Assembly: GCA_964472095.1 (NCBI GenBank)
Contig: CAYYIV010000022.1
Span: 4,314-68,313, forward strand
Length of the DNA: 64,000 nt
Source: an uncultured Pelagibius sp.
Lineage (GTDB): Bacteria > Pseudomonadota > Alphaproteobacteria > Kiloniellales > Kiloniellaceae
Direction of reading: 5' to 3'
This document shows, piece after piece, positions 1-10,917 of the stretch. Under the pieces are notes generated by a model. The model had not been told where the DNA came from, did no database searches, and saw only the letters and a program-made list of their open reading frames with translations. The stretch's first letter is position 1, and every line of letters starts with the position of its first letter. Position numbers and translations under genes: made by a program.

Positions 1-594
1 GAAGAGCTCGGCGTAGGGGATGGCCAGGGCCGAGGGATCCTTCACCACCGAGGTCATGGCGATGAGACCGGTGGCGCCGTTAGGATGCGTGCACCACTGC
101 GGGCGCCACACCAGTTCCGGCGTCAGGTGCTGGCAGATGAAGGCGGAGGTGCCGGGAGTCGCCTCCGGCGGCATATGCAGCAGCTTGAAGCGCGGCCAGA
201 CCTCGCCGTCGGGATCCTCCAGGATGCGCTTCAGGTCTCGCATCTCGCCCGGCGTAATGCCGGCGCGCCGCAAGGCGCGCTCGGCGAGGGCGACGTCGTC
301 GCTGGCGAAGGCGAGGCCGAGCAGCCCTTCGCGGGTCTCCAGGAAGCGGTTGAGGTTGTTGGTGAACTGCGCCGGATCGAGGATGCCGAGCAGTTCGATG
401 TAGTCGTCACGGAACATGACACAGTAGTTGGCGGTGCCCCAGCCGATGTGGCGGCCGCGCGGTGAGACGGTGAAGCCGAGCCGTTCGTACGTCTCGCGCG
501 CCGCCTCCAGGTCGCGCACGCCGACCAGCACATGGTCGATGCCGCGGATCGGCCGCGCCGCCTCCACCCCCTTTTCAGTCACCACCAGCTTCAT
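1..594 (-). CDS. VOC (glyoxalase/dioxygenase fold) family protein, 3' end cut by the window edge
   Basis: It is absent from the ORF track because there is no stop codon in the window. A reverse-strand ATG at 592-594 opens MKLVVTEKGVEAARPIRGIDHVLVGVRDLEAARETYERLGFTVSPRGRHIGWGTANYCVMF..., a typical VOC N-terminal beta-alpha-beta pattern. The frame stays open to position 1. Confidence 0.55.
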   Translation of the reverse strand, partial: MKLVVTEKGVEAARPIRGIDHVLVGVRDLEAARETYERLGFTVSPRGRHIGWGTANYCVMFRDDYIELLGILDPAQFTNNLNRFLETREGLLGLAFASDDVALAERALRRAGITPGEMRDLKRILEDPDGEVWPRFKLLHMPPEATPGTSAFICQHLTPELVWRPQWCTHPNGATGLIAMTSVVKDPSALAIPYAELF

Positions 595-662
595 GTCGTC
601 AGCCTCCCCGGCCATGGCTTTCCCCGTCCGCTGCACCTGTACCGGCCGCGCCGGCCGCCGCC

Positions 663-1550
<888 letters not shown>

Positions 1551-1620
1551 GCGCTGATCCCCTCTTTCGACCCTGGTCCAGGGATTCCCTTTACTCGACG
1601 GAGCCGGGCTTGCCAAGCCA

Positions 1621-1654
1621 GGGTAAAGAAAAGGCCGCGCGAAGGCGGCCTTTT
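1621..1654 (-). terminator. Rho-independent terminator downstream of petC
   Basis: On the minus strand, 24 nt after the petC stop: AAAAGGCCGC-CTTCGC-GCGGCCTTTT followed by CTTTACCC. This is a 10-bp arm (GC core GGCCGC/GCGGCC) with a T-rich tail. Confidence 0.75.
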
Positions 1655-1678
1655 CCGGTCATGTCGTGGGATTGCGGC

Positions 1679-2452
1679 CTAGTGCACGTCCTTCCAGACC
1701 TTGCGCTTCGCCGCGTAGAGAACGCCGGTGAAGACCACCAGGAAGATCAGCACCTTGATCCCGGCGCCCTTGCGGTCCTCCAGCTTCGGCTCGGCTGCCC
1801 ACATGAGAAAATTGGCGACGTCGTAGGACATCTGGTCGATCGTGGCCGGCGTCCCGTCGGCGTAGGCGACGCTGTCTTCGTAGAGCGGCTGGGCCATGGC
1901 GATCTGGTGGCCTGGGAAATAGGCGTTGTAGTTGGTCCCCGACGCCAGGTCGAAGTCAGCCGGCGGCTCCTCGTAACCGACCAGCAGGGCGTGGATGAAG
2001 TTCGGTCCGTCAGCGCGCGCCTTGGCCATCAGCGAAAGGTCCGGCGGTGCCGCACCGCCATTGGCAGCTGCCGCGGCCTTGTCGTTCGGGAAGGGCGAGG
2101 GGAAATAGTCCGAGGGCGCGCCCGGCCGCTCGAACATATCACCTTCATCGTTCGGCCCGTCGGTAATGGTGTATTCGGCAGCGATCGCCTTCACCTCGTC
2201 CTCGTTGTAGCCGAGGGCCGCGAGATTGCGGAAAGCCACGTACTTCAGGCCGTGACAGACCGAGCAGACTTCGCGGTAGACCTGCAGGCCGCGCTGCAGG
2301 GCACGGCGTTCATAGGTGCCGAAGGGCCCGTCGAAGCTCCACTCCAACTGCGGCAGCTCGATGGCCTCCCCCGCCGCCTTGGCGGGGCCGGCAACCGGCA
2401 GCGACGCGATCGCGGCAAGGGCCGCCAGGCCGAACAACAGTCCCTTGCGCAT
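1679..2452 (-). CDS. petC: Cytochrome c1 (bc1 complex)
   Basis: It has a signal peptide, the heme motif CSVCHG, PPDLSLMAKAR, and a C-terminal TM anchor. Its start codon overlaps the petB stop (TCAT at 2450-2454). Confidence 0.93.
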   Translation of the reverse strand: MRKGLLFGLAALAAIASLPVAGPAKAAGEAIELPQLEWSFDGPFGTYERRALQRGLQVYREVCSVCHGLKYVAFRNLAALGYNEDEVKAIAAEYTITDGPNDEGDMFERPGAPSDYFPSPFPNDKAAAAANGGAAPPDLSLMAKARADGPNFIHALLVGYEEPPADFDLASGTNYNAYFPGHQIAMAQPLYEDSVAYADGTPATIDQMSYDVANFLMWAAEPKLEDRKGAGIKVLIFLVVFTGVLYAAKRKVWKDVH

Positions 2453-3720
2453 CAGGCTTTCTCCATCGGCTTGGCAGTGGCCCCGGCCATGGCGCCGCCG
2501 CCCTTCAACACCGGCTCACTGATCGAGGTCGGCAGTGGCTTGGGCCGCTCGAAGACGCCGAGCAACGGCAGGATCACGAGGAAATGCAGGAAGTACCAGA
2601 AGGTCGAGATCTGGCCGGTGATCAGCCAGGCGCCCTCCGGCGGATTGGCGCCGACGAAGCCCAGCACCACCACGTCGATCGCCAGCAGCACGAAGAAGAT
2701 GCGGAAGATCGGGCGGAACTTGCCGCTCTTGACCGGCGAGCGGTCGAGCCAGGGCAGGATGAACAGCACGGCGATGGAGCCGAACATGGCAATCACGCCG
2801 AGCAGCTTGTCGGGAATCGATCGCAGGATCGCGTAGAACGGCAGGAAGTACCACTCCGGCACGATGTGTGCCGGCGTCGCCAGCGGATCCGCAGGGATGT
2901 AGTTGTCCGGATGGCCCATGTAGTTGGGGATGTAGAACACCACCGCCGCGAAGAGGATCAGGAAAACGCCCAGCCCGAAGGCATCCTTGATCGTGTAGTA
3001 AGGATGGAAGGGGATCTTGTCCTGCGGCCCCTTGGGATCGATGCCCAGCGGGTTGTTGGAGCCGAACTGGTGCAGCGCCCAGATGTGCAGCACCACTACG
3101 GCCACGATCACGAAGGGCATCAGGTAGTGCAGCGCGTAGAAGCGGTTGAGCGTCGGGTTGTCGACGGTGAAGCCGCCCCACAGCCAGGTGACGATGCCCT
3201 CGCCGAAGATCGGCACGGCGGAGAACAGGCTGGTGATCACCTTGGCGCCCCAGAAGCTCATCTGGCCCCAGGGCAGCACGTAGCCCATGAAGGCGGTCGC
3301 CATCATCAGCAGCAGGATGACCACGCCGAGCATCCACAAGAGCTCGCGCGGCGTCTTGTAGGAGCCGTAGTAGAGCCCGCGGAACATGTGGATATAGACG
3401 ACGATGAAGAAGAAGGAGGCGCCGTTCATGTGGATGTAGCGCAGCAGCCAGCCGAAGTTCACGTCGCGCATGATGCGCTCGACGGAATCGAAGGCGTAGT
3501 CGACGTGCGCTGTGTACTGCATCGCCAGCAGAATGCCGGTGACGATCATAATCACCAGCGTGATGCCCGCCAGCGAGCCGAAATTCCACATGTAGCTGAG
3601 GTTCTTCGGCGCCGGATAGCCGGAGCCGACGGCGTGATCCAGGAAGGAGAACACCGGCATCCGGTGCTCGATCCACTTGATCACCCGGCTGTTGGTCTGA
3701 AAGCCGCTCATGCCCTTCAA
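2452..3720 (-). CDS. petB: Cytochrome b (bc1 complex)
   Basis: [60 protein letters not shown] and [16 protein letters not shown] are canonical cytochrome b motifs. The start could alternatively be the MSGFQ Met 9 nt downstream. Confidence 0.95.
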   Translation of the reverse strand: MKGMSGFQTNSRVIKWIEHRMPVFSFLDHAVGSGYPAPKNLSYMWNFGSLAGITLVIMIVTGILLAMQYTAHVDYAFDSVERIMRDVNFGWLLRYIHMNGASFFFIVVYIHMFRGLYYGSYKTPRELLWMLGVVILLLMMATAFMGYVLPWGQMSFWGAKVITSLFSAVPIFGEGIVTWLWGGFTVDNPTLNRFYALHYLMPFVIVAVVVLHIWALHQFGSNNPLGIDPKGPQDKIPFHPYYTIKDAFGLGVFLILFAAVVFYIPNYMGHPDNYIPADPLATPAHIVPEWYFLPFYAILRSIPDKLLGVIAMFGSIAVLFILPWLDRSPVKSGKFRPIFRIFFVLLAIDVVVLGFVGANPPEGAWLITGQISTFWYFLHFLVILPLLGVFERPKPLPTSISEPVLKGGGAMAGATAKPMEKA

Positions 3721-3728
3721 ATCTCCCC

Positions 3729-4277
3729 TTACCCGATCACGATGGTGCTGTCGCCGGTGAACTCATACGGCGGCACAGGCAGGTTGAGCGGGGCGGGACC
3801 TTTGCGGATGCGCCCGGAGGTGTCGTAGTGCGAACCGTGGCACGGGCAGAACCAGCCACCGAACTCGCCGCGGCTCTGGCCTGTCTTCTGACCCAGCGGC
3901 ACGCAACCCAGGTGGGTGCAAACACCGATCACGATCAGCCACTCCGGCTTCTCGACGCGATCGGCGTCGGGCTGCGGATCGGGCAGGGCCGCGATGTCGA
4001 CCGCCTCGGCCTCCTGGATCTGCGCCTGCGTGCGGTGGTCGATGAAGACCGGATTGCCGCGCCAAGTGACGGTGATCCGCTGACCCTCGGCAATCGGCCC
4101 CAGGTCGACCTCGGTCGACGCCAGAGCCAGCACCTCGGCCGAAGGGTTCATCGTGTCGACCAGCGGCCAGACCACACAGGCGGCGCCGACGGCACCCATG
4201 CCGGCTGCGGCCAGGTACAAGAAGTCGCGCCGCGTTTCGCCGGATCCGGCCTGCGCGGGAGTGGCTGTATCTGCCAT
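3729..4277 (-). CDS. petA: Ubiquinol-cytochrome c reductase Rieske iron-sulfur subunit
   Basis: It has a twin-arginine-like N-terminus (ETRRDFLY) and the Rieske boxes CTHLGC and CPCHGSHY. Confidence 0.95.
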   Translation of the reverse strand: MADTATPAQAGSGETRRDFLYLAAAGMGAVGAACVVWPLVDTMNPSAEVLALASTEVDLGPIAEGQRITVTWRGNPVFIDHRTQAQIQEAEAVDIAALPDPQPDADRVEKPEWLIVIGVCTHLGCVPLGQKTGQSRGEFGGWFCPCHGSHYDTSGRIRKGPAPLNLPVPPYEFTGDSTIVIG

Positions 4278-4552
4278 GCGTCCTTTTCCCCTACGATCCC
4301 TCAGTTGGAGCCTTGGTGGAACAAGGCCCCGATGATCCTCCGGCGGGGCCTGCGGCTTCCGGGAGGACCTAAACCTTATCGCGCGACAGCGCGCCGAGGA
4401 TGCGGCATGCTGCCGCGCCCGGCGCCCGAACGCCCCTTTGTGGGGCTCGATATAGAGGAATTTTCCGGGGAACGCAAAGCCCGTTCGCAGCGCGTGAAAC
4501 GATAAGATTCACCTATCCATAGAACCGATTAGCGGCAAAGTTCTACTCGAGC

Positions 4553-5080
4553 ATGCGCCTTGCCCTCTATCAGCCGGACATTCCCCAGAACTGCGGCGCC
4601 CTGATTCGCCTGGCGGCCTGCCTGGGTGTCGGTTTGGACATCATCGAGCCTTGCGGCTTCCTGCTGGACGACCGCCGACTGAAGCGCGCCGGGCTCGACT
4701 ATCATGCCCTCGCCGCGGTGCGCAGGCACCCCAGCTGGCGTGACTTCCGGACCGCTTTGCAGGCCACTTGCCGCGAGACGGCAGTGGAGGGGCCGCGCCC
4801 TCGGCTGCTGCTGTTGACCACCGGGGGAGATCGGTCCTACACCGACTTCGTCTATGCGGCGGCGGACATTCTGCTGCTGGGGCGCGAGTCGGCGGGGGTG
4901 CCCGAAGAGGTTCACGCGGCGGCGGAGGCCCGCCTGGTGATCCCGTTGCGGGCGGACTGCCGCTCGCTGAACGTGGCCCAGGCCGGCGCCATGGTGCTGG
5001 GGGAGGCTCTGCGCCAGACTGCCGGTTTCCCGGCCGTCAGGCCGCCGGGACGGGCGGCCGGAGTGAGGAAGTGCGAGTGA
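4553..5080 (+). CDS. trmL: tRNA (cytidine/uridine-2'-O-)-methyltransferase TrmL (SpoU family)
   Basis: [36 protein letters not shown]...[12 protein letters not shown] and [14 protein letters not shown]...IP...[19 protein letters not shown] match the SPOUT knot motifs and the TrmL size. Confidence 0.85.
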   Translation: MRLALYQPDIPQNCGALIRLAACLGVGLDIIEPCGFLLDDRRLKRAGLDYHALAAVRRHPSWRDFRTALQATCRETAVEGPRPRLLLLTTGGDRSYTDFVYAAADILLLGRESAGVPEEVHAAAEARLVIPLRADCRSLNVAQAGAMVLGEALRQTAGFPAVRPPGRAAGVRKCE

Positions 5081-5087
5081 GCGAGCG

Positions 5088-5966
5088 ATGACCGAAGCCA
5101 TCGGCGACGAAACCACCGAGGCGCGCAAGACCCGGGCCAAGGCGTGGTTCGAATCCCTGCGCGACGCCATATGCGCCGCCTTCGAGGCGCTGGAGGATGA
5201 ACTGATCGGCGGCAACGCCGAACGTTTCGCCGAGGTGCCGCCCGGCCGCTTTTCGCACAAGGCCTGGGAGCGGCCCGACGGCGGCGGCGGCGTCATGGCG
5301 CTGATGCACGGCCGGGTCTTCGAGAAGGTCGGCGTCAATGTCTCCACGGTGCACGGCAGCTTCTCGCCGGACTTCGCCAAGCAGATCCCCGGCGCCGAGA
5401 CGGACCCCCGCTTCTGGGCCAGCGGAATCTCCCTGGTCGCCCACCTGCGCTCGCCCCTGGTGCCGGCGGTTCATATGAATACCCGCCACATCGTCACCAG
5501 CAAGGCCTGGTTCGGCGGCGGCGGCGACCTCAACCCGATGTTTCCCGACGACCACGACACCGCCGACTTCCATGCCGCCTTCAAGGCGGCCTGCGACCGC
5601 CACGACCCCGCGTACTACCCGCGCTTCAAGCAGTGGTGCGACGAATACTTCTTCATTCCCCACCGGGGCGAGGCACGCGGCGTCGGCGGCATCTTCTACG
5701 ACTACCTCGACAGTGGCGACTGGGAGGCCGACTTCGCCTTCACCCAGGATGTCGGGCGCGCCTTCCTGGAGATCTATCCACAGCTGGTGCGCCGTCACAT
5801 GGCCGAGCCCTGGAACGACGAACAGCGCCGCCACCAGCTGTTCCGCCGCGGCCGCTACGCCGAATTCAACCTGCTGTACGATCGCGGCACCAAGTTCGGC
5901 CTGCAGACCGGCGGCAACGTCGAGGCCATACTGATGAGCCTGCCGCCGGAAGCCGCCTGGCCATAG
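5088..5966 (+). CDS. hemF: Oxygen-dependent coproporphyrinogen III oxidase
   Basis: [68 protein letters not shown] and [11 protein letters not shown] are HemF signatures. Confidence 0.93.
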   Translation: MTEAIGDETTEARKTRAKAWFESLRDAICAAFEALEDELIGGNAERFAEVPPGRFSHKAWERPDGGGGVMALMHGRVFEKVGVNVSTVHGSFSPDFAKQIPGAETDPRFWASGISLVAHLRSPLVPAVHMNTRHIVTSKAWFGGGGDLNPMFPDDHDTADFHAAFKAACDRHDPAYYPRFKQWCDEYFFIPHRGEARGVGGIFYDYLDSGDWEADFAFTQDVGRAFLEIYPQLVRRHMAEPWNDEQRRHQLFRRGRYAEFNLLYDRGTKFGLQTGGNVEAILMSLPPEAAWP

Positions 5967-5969
5967 GGC

Positions 5970-7319
5970 TCAGGTCCCCGGCGCTCTGGGGAGATCGGGC
6001 GAGATGCGCTCGGAAAGCTGGCGCAGACGGGCCAGACAGGCCGCGCGGTCGGGGACGAAGTCCTCAGCGATCCACCAGTCCTCCACCGCCCGCAGCAGAC
6101 TGCCGACGTCGGGGCCACTACTGTAGCCGAGCCGCAGCACGTCGGCGCCGCCCAGCGGGAAGCGGCGCTCCTGCCAGTCGACGGCGATGCCCAGTGCCTT
6201 TTGCAGGCCCGCCAGCGCCGTTTCCCGCTGCGCCGGTTCGGCGGCCAGCAGCCGCGCGCAGCCGATCGCCAGAGCGGTGCGCAGCTGTGCTGCGCCGGCG
6301 CGGTAGAGCGCGATGGAAAGCGCATGGCGCACGGCGGGATCGCCGCTGCCGCGGGTCAGCGCGGCGGCGGCCTCGCCCAGCACAGCCTCCGGTTCGCCCA
6401 GCATGACCAGCTCCGCCGTTTCGGCATTCGACAGGCGCAGGCGCTCGGCCACGTCACGCGCCACCTCGGCGCCCGGCGGCAGCAGCGCGCCGAGGCGCAG
6501 CACGGGGTCCGCCGCCTCCGGCAGGTCGAGTTGCAGCAGGCAGCGCAGCACGGCGGTTTCGCTGATCTGCGGCAGGATCGCAGCCAGCAGGCCGTCACCG
6601 ATCATGAGGTCGAGCACCGGCAGAGGGTCGGGGGCGTCCAGCAGGCGGAGAATCTCGCCGCGGATTCGCTCGCCCGAAAGGCCGCCCAGCCGGGGCGCCA
6701 ACTCGCGTGCCACCGCCAGGATTTGCGGATCGGGCGGAACCCGCCCGTAGTGCGCCTGGAAGCGGAAGAACCGCAGCAGGCGCAGATAGTCCTCCCGGAT
6801 GCGGTCGCGCGGGTCGCCGACGAAGCGCACGCGGCCCGCTGAGAGATCGGCCTGGCCGCCAAAGGGATCGAAGAGGCGGCCATCCGGACGGCACGACATG
6901 GCATTGAAGGTGAGGTCGCGGCGCGCGGCATCGGCCTGCCAGTCGTCGGTGAAGGCGACCTTGGCGCGGCGGCCGTCGGTTTCGACGTCGACGCGCAGGG
7001 TGGTGATCTCGAAGGGACGGTGACCGGAGACCGCCGTCACGGTGCCGTGGTCGAGACCGGTCGGCACCGCCTTCAGGCCGGCGGCCTGCAGCAACGCCGT
7101 GACCATCTCCGGCCGGTCGGGTGTCGCCAGGTCGACGTCCTTGACCGGCCGCCCGGCCAGCGCGTCGCGCACGCAGCCGCCGACGAAGCGGACCTCGGCC
7201 CCCTCCGCGGAGAGGGCCGCGATCACCGCGCGGGTCTCCGGCGCGGTCATCCAGGCCTGCGGTTCTATGCGTCCGGGCGCGCTGGCGGCGGTCATCGCTT
7301 CCTGAGCCTGCTGTGGCAT
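5970..7319 (-). CDS. cca: CCA tRNA nucleotidyltransferase / poly(A) polymerase family protein
   Basis: RFVGGCVRDALAGRPVKDVDLAT...GLDHGTVTAV...EITTLRVDVETDGR is the class II nucleotidyltransferase head domain. Confidence 0.85.
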   Translation of the reverse strand: MPQQAQEAMTAASAPGRIEPQAWMTAPETRAVIAALSAEGAEVRFVGGCVRDALAGRPVKDVDLATPDRPEMVTALLQAAGLKAVPTGLDHGTVTAVSGHRPFEITTLRVDVETDGRRAKVAFTDDWQADAARRDLTFNAMSCRPDGRLFDPFGGQADLSAGRVRFVGDPRDRIREDYLRLLRFFRFQAHYGRVPPDPQILAVARELAPRLGGLSGERIRGEILRLLDAPDPLPVLDLMIGDGLLAAILPQISETAVLRCLLQLDLPEAADPVLRLGALLPPGAEVARDVAERLRLSNAETAELVMLGEPEAVLGEAAAALTRGSGDPAVRHALSIALYRAGAAQLRTALAIGCARLLAAEPAQRETALAGLQKALGIAVDWQERRFPLGGADVLRLGYSSGPDVGSLLRAVEDWWIAEDFVPDRAACLARLRQLSERISPDLPRAPGT

Positions 7320-7377
7320 CTCGTCCGCAGCCTGCCGACATGGAAGGCCGCTGGCAACCCGGGGTCCGCTGCCGGCG

Positions 7378-7653
7378 TCACTCTACCGGATGGCTCGGCA
7401 CCACGACGCCGTCGACCAGCGCCGGCGGCACCAGTTTGGTGTCCGGCGAATGGCCGGTCGAGACGTAGAGGTAGAGCAGCCCGACGAGGGCCGAACAGAG
7501 GCCCAGCGCCAGCAGCCAGGGCAAGGGGGCCTCCCGCCAGTCCAGCGCGATGACGCCGCCGGCCGTCTTGCGGCGCACCAGCCAGACCCAGCCCAGATAG
7601 ATCAGGAAGGGCGCCACAAGCGGCAGCAGAACGGTCAGCAGTACACGCAGCAT
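7378..7653 (-). CDS. Small two-TM membrane protein (DUF6111-like; family name from memory)
   Basis: An internal ATG at 7651-7653 gives MLRVLLTVLLPLVAPFLIYLGWVWLVRRKTAGG...LPWLLALGLCSALVGLLYLYV. It sits between the Nudix gene and cca in the same orientation. The upstream part of ORF 7378..7887 looks off-frame (R/S/C-rich). Confidence 0.5.
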   Translation of the reverse strand: MLRVLLTVLLPLVAPFLIYLGWVWLVRRKTAGGVIALDWREAPLPWLLALGLCSALVGLLYLYVSTGHSPDTKLVPPALVDGVVVPSHPVE

Positions 7654-7663
7654 GTCCGTTCTC

Positions 7664-8335
7664 CTATGACTGCAAGAGATCCGACGCGCGCAAGACGTCG
7701 CAGAGATTGGAGAGGATGCCGGCAGTCGCCCCCCAGATGTAATAGTCGCCGAAGGGATAGGCATAGAAGAACCGCTCGGCGCCGCGGAACGTCCGGCTGT
7801 GCAGCGCGCGGTTGGCGGGGTCGAGGAAGAAAGCCAGCGGCACCTCGAAGATCTCGTCGACCTCTCCGGCCTCGGCGCGCAGCACAAAGGGCGGGCGCAG
7901 CAGGCCGACCACCGGCACCACGCTGAAGCCGGTGCGTACGAGATAAGTGTCGAGGCGCCCGATCACCGTCACGTGGTGCCGTGCCAACCCGACCTCCTCC
8001 TCCGTCTCGCGGAGGGCGGCGGCCTCTGCATCGACGTCGCCGGGATCGATGCAGCCTCCGGGAAAGCTGATCTGGCCGGCATGGTCCGGCAGGTGCGGGC
8101 TGCGCCGGGTGAGCAGTACCGTGAGCTCCTGCGGCCGCTCGATGATGGGCACCAGCACCGCCGCATCGCGCAACGGGCGGGTCGGGTCGTAGAGGCCGGG
8201 ATCGAGATCCGGGTTGAGATCGTGGTCTCCTCGCCGCCCGGTCGCGACCATCTCGGGCCCGGTCGGCGCGACGCGTGTGCCCGGCGCCGGCAGCCCGGCA
8301 AGCCGCGACAGCAGGTCGTCACCCCGCCACTTCAT
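7664..8335 (-). CDS. CoA pyrophosphatase-type Nudix hydrolase
   Basis: It has the Nudix box GGCIDPGDVDAEAAALRETEEEVGL preceded by AAVLVPI...LLTRRS, as in NudL/CoA pyrophosphatases. The start is set at MKWRGDD (8333-8335) to avoid overlapping the DUF1285 gene; 8386 is also possible. Confidence 0.8.
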   Translation of the reverse strand: MKWRGDDLLSRLAGLPAPGTRVAPTGPEMVATGRRGDHDLNPDLDPGLYDPTRPLRDAAVLVPIIERPQELTVLLTRRSPHLPDHAGQISFPGGCIDPGDVDAEAAALRETEEEVGLARHHVTVIGRLDTYLVRTGFSVVPVVGLLRPPFVLRAEAGEVDEIFEVPLAFFLDPANRALHSRTFRGAERFFYAYPFGDYYIWGATAGILSNLCDVLRASDLLQS

Positions 8336-8351
8336 GCCCGGCCGTCCCGCA

Positions 8352-8897
8352 TCACCGGGCAGATCCCAAGGGGAAGTACACACCATGGCTCCATACCCCG
8401 AGACAATCCTTCGGCGCCGCCAAATCCTGCGGCGGCGGCACCGCCAGCTCGGCGAGTTCGTAGTATACCGGGCGCAGAATCAACGCCTCCAAACGGTCGC
8501 GCACCACGATATAGGGGCTGATCTCGCCCTTTTCAGGGTCTTCAACCACCCGTAGCGGGTGCACCGCGTCGGCTTCCACCCAATCGTCGAGATTAGTGCG
8601 GAAGGCGAGTATCTGGCCAGACCTCTCAACTCTTACGGAAAGTTCAACGGCGGTAAAGGGCGCATCTTCCACCGCGATGCGGCCCTGCTCGACCGGCGTG
8701 CGCAGCCAGTAATCGCCGCCATCGTCTCGCCACAATACCGAGGCAAAGAGCTTGACCAGGGGCTTGCGGCCGATCGGGGCGCCCTCATGGAACCAAGTGC
8801 CGTCGCGGGCGATGCGGATATCGTAGGCATCGCCGGGACCTGCGGCGCCTTTGGCCCGGGATCTCTCGGTCTGTCCTGGCGACTGGTCAGCGGGCAT
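8352..8897 (-). CDS. DUF1285 domain-containing protein
   Basis: Only the last 181 codons of track ORF 8352..10130 look real: MPADQSPG...YDIRIARDGTWFHEGAPIGRKPLVKLFASVLWRDDGGDYWLRTPVEQGRIAVEDAPF. The ATG is at 8895-8897. Placement upstream of the Nudix gene is the conserved alphaproteobacterial arrangement. Confidence 0.8.
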   Translation of the reverse strand: MPADQSPGQTERSRAKGAAGPGDAYDIRIARDGTWFHEGAPIGRKPLVKLFASVLWRDDGGDYWLRTPVEQGRIAVEDAPFTAVELSVRVERSGQILAFRTNLDDWVEADAVHPLRVVEDPEKGEISPYIVVRDRLEALILRPVYYELAELAVPPPQDLAAPKDCLGVWSHGVYFPLGSAR

Positions 8898-8996
8898 GGA
8901 AAGACCTATCTTTGTAGTCAAGATCGTGCGGTTGGTTGCGACCCGCCAGCGGGTGATGGCCCACCGGCCCTTCAAACAGCTGGGAGATGCTGTCCC

Positions 8997-10013
8997 GTGA
9001 CGACGACACCCACCCTCTCTGCCGATGACGCCGCCGATGCCAAGCTCGCCGAACAGATCGATGAACTCGGTCACAAGCTCGGCCTCGTCCGCCAGTCTAT
9101 CGGCCGTGTCATTTTCGGCCAACAGGGGGTCGTCGATCAAACCCTGATCACGCTGCTGGCTGGCGGCCACGGCCTGCTGATCGGCGTCCCTGGCCTCGCC
9201 AAGACCCGCCTGGTGGAGACCCTCGGCACCGTATTCGGCCTGGACGACAAACGGGTGCAGTGCACGCCAGACCTCATGCCGGCGGACATCCTGGGCTCCG
9301 AAGTGCTGGAGGAGAGCGAGACCGGCCGGCGCTCCTTTCGCTTCATTCCCGGCCCGGTGTTCTGCCAGCTGCTGATGGCGGATGAAATCAATCGCGCCAG
9401 CCCGCGCACCCAGTCGGCCCTGCTGCAGGCGATGCAGGAACGCCGCGTCACCGTGTCCGGCCACCCCCACGACCTGCCGACGCCCTTCCACGTGCTGGCG
9501 ACGCAGAATCCGCTGGAGCAGGAAGGCACCTATCCCCTGCCCGAGGCGCAGCTCGACCGCTTTCTTATGGAGATCGATGTCGGCTACCCGGACATCGGGG
9601 CCGAGCGGCAGATGCTGATCGAGACCACCGGCGTGCAGCAGGCCGAGGCCAGGGCAGTGATGACCGCCGATGAACTGATGCAGGTGCAGCGCCTGGTGCG
9701 CCGCGTGCCGGTCGGCGAGAGCGTGGTGGAAACAATCCTCGCCATCGTGCGCAACGGCCGCCCGGAATCGAGCGAACTGGAAGAGGTGCGCAGCCAGGTG
9801 GCCTGGGGGCCAGGTCCGCGCGCCAGCCAGGCACTGATGCTGGCGGTGCGGGCCCGTGCGCTGATGGACGGCCGCTTCGCCCCCTCGGTCGACGACGTGA
9901 TGGCCCTGGCCCACCCGGTCCTGAAGCACCGCATGGCGCTGAGCTTCGCCGCGCGCGCCGATGGCGTGACGCTCGACCACATCATCGCCCACCTTACCGC
10001 GCCCTATCAGTGA
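8997..10013 (+). CDS. MoxR-family AAA+ ATPase
   Basis: It has Walker A LLIGVPGLAKT, Walker B LLMADEINRASPRTQSALLQAMQERRVTV, and ATQNPLEQEGTYPLPEAQLDRFL. There is no in-frame ATG, so a GTG at 8997 preceded by GGGAGA (8982-8987) is proposed, giving 338 aa. Confidence 0.88.
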   Translation: MTTTPTLSADDAADAKLAEQIDELGHKLGLVRQSIGRVIFGQQGVVDQTLITLLAGGHGLLIGVPGLAKTRLVETLGTVFGLDDKRVQCTPDLMPADILGSEVLEESETGRRSFRFIPGPVFCQLLMADEINRASPRTQSALLQAMQERRVTVSGHPHDLPTPFHVLATQNPLEQEGTYPLPEAQLDRFLMEIDVGYPDIGAERQMLIETTGVQQAEARAVMTADELMQVQRLVRRVPVGESVVETILAIVRNGRPESSELEEVRSQVAWGPGPRASQALMLAVRARALMDGRFAPSVDDVMALAHPVLKHRMALSFAARADGVTLDHIIAHLTAPYQ

Positions 10014-10023
10014 CAGCTTCGGA

Positions 10024-10917
10024 GTGTCCGACCGGCCAATGACGAAGCCCCTCCCGCTGCGGCATCGCGCCGAGCAACTGGCCGCCACCCTGCCGCCGCT
10101 GCTGGTGGCCGCCGAGCGGGTCGCGGCCACCGTGGCGCAGGGCGTGCACGGGCGGCGTCGGGTTGGGCAGGGCGAAACTTTCTGGCAGTACCGCCACTAC
10201 GACATGGGCGATCAGCCGCAGTCCATCGACTGGAGGCAGTCGGCCAAGTCGGACATGGTCTTCGTGCGCCAGATGGAATGGGAGGCCGCGCAGTCGGTGT
10301 GGCTCTGGCGCGACACCTCCGCCTCTATGGGCTGGACCTCCGACCGCAATCACCAGAGCAAGCGCGAGCGGGCCGACCTTCTGACCCTGGCGCTGTCGGT
10401 GCTGCTGATGCGCGGCGGCGAGCACGTCGCCCTGCTCGGCTCCGGACTCAGGCCCGCGGCGAGCCGCGCCACCCTGACCAAGATCGCCACCCTGGTACAG
10501 AACGGCCAGCCGGTCGTCGACAACCTGCCGCCGGCCCTGCCGCTGCCGCGCAGCGCCCAGCTGGTCTTCATCAGCGACTTCCTGGCGCCGCTGGAGGACA
10601 TCAACCACGCCCTGCGCTACTACGGCGAAGGCGGCCAGCGCGGCGCCCTGCTGCAGGTCCTCGACCCGGCGGAAGAAAGCCTGCCCTATGACGGGCGGGT
10701 CCGCTTCGACGGGTTGGAGCAGGAGCCTTCCTGGCTGGTCTCCCGCGTCGAGGCGGTGCGCGGCGACTATGCCCGCCGGCTGCAGGCCCAGCGCGACGGC
10801 CTGCGCGACATCTGCCGGGCGCTCAGCTGGACCTGCGACTTCCACCGTTCGGACCAGCCGCCACAGGCCGCGCTGCTGCGCCTCTACACCACCCTGTCCC
10901 AGGCGGTGGCATGCTGA
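10024..10917 (+). CDS. DUF58 domain-containing protein
   Basis: GQGETFWQYRHYDMGDQPQSIDWRQSAKSDMVFVRQMEWEAAQSVWLW is the DUF58 core. It begins 10 nt after the moxR stop. Confidence 0.85.
   Translation: MSDRPMTKPLPLRHRAEQLAATLPPLLVAAERVAATVAQGVHGRRRVGQGETFWQYRHYDMGDQPQSIDWRQSAKSDMVFVRQMEWEAAQSVWLWRDTSASMGWTSDRNHQSKRERADLLTLALSVLLMRGGEHVALLGSGLRPAASRATLTKIATLVQNGQPVVDNLPPALPLPRSAQLVFISDFLAPLEDINHALRYYGEGGQRGALLQVLDPAEESLPYDGRVRFDGLEQEPSWLVSRVEAVRGDYARRLQAQRDGLRDICRALSWTCDFHRSDQPPQAALLRLYTTLSQAVAC

Noticed and set aside
8352-10130. A 592-codon minus-strand ORF spanning the moxR region.
   Set aside because: Only the last 181 codons (8352-8897, DUF1285) look like protein. The upstream part is the antisense of moxR and is compositionally off-frame. 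Similarly, track ORFs 17044-18765, 21538-22713, 51003-52400, 8559-10013 and 30399-32354 were trimmed to internal starts.
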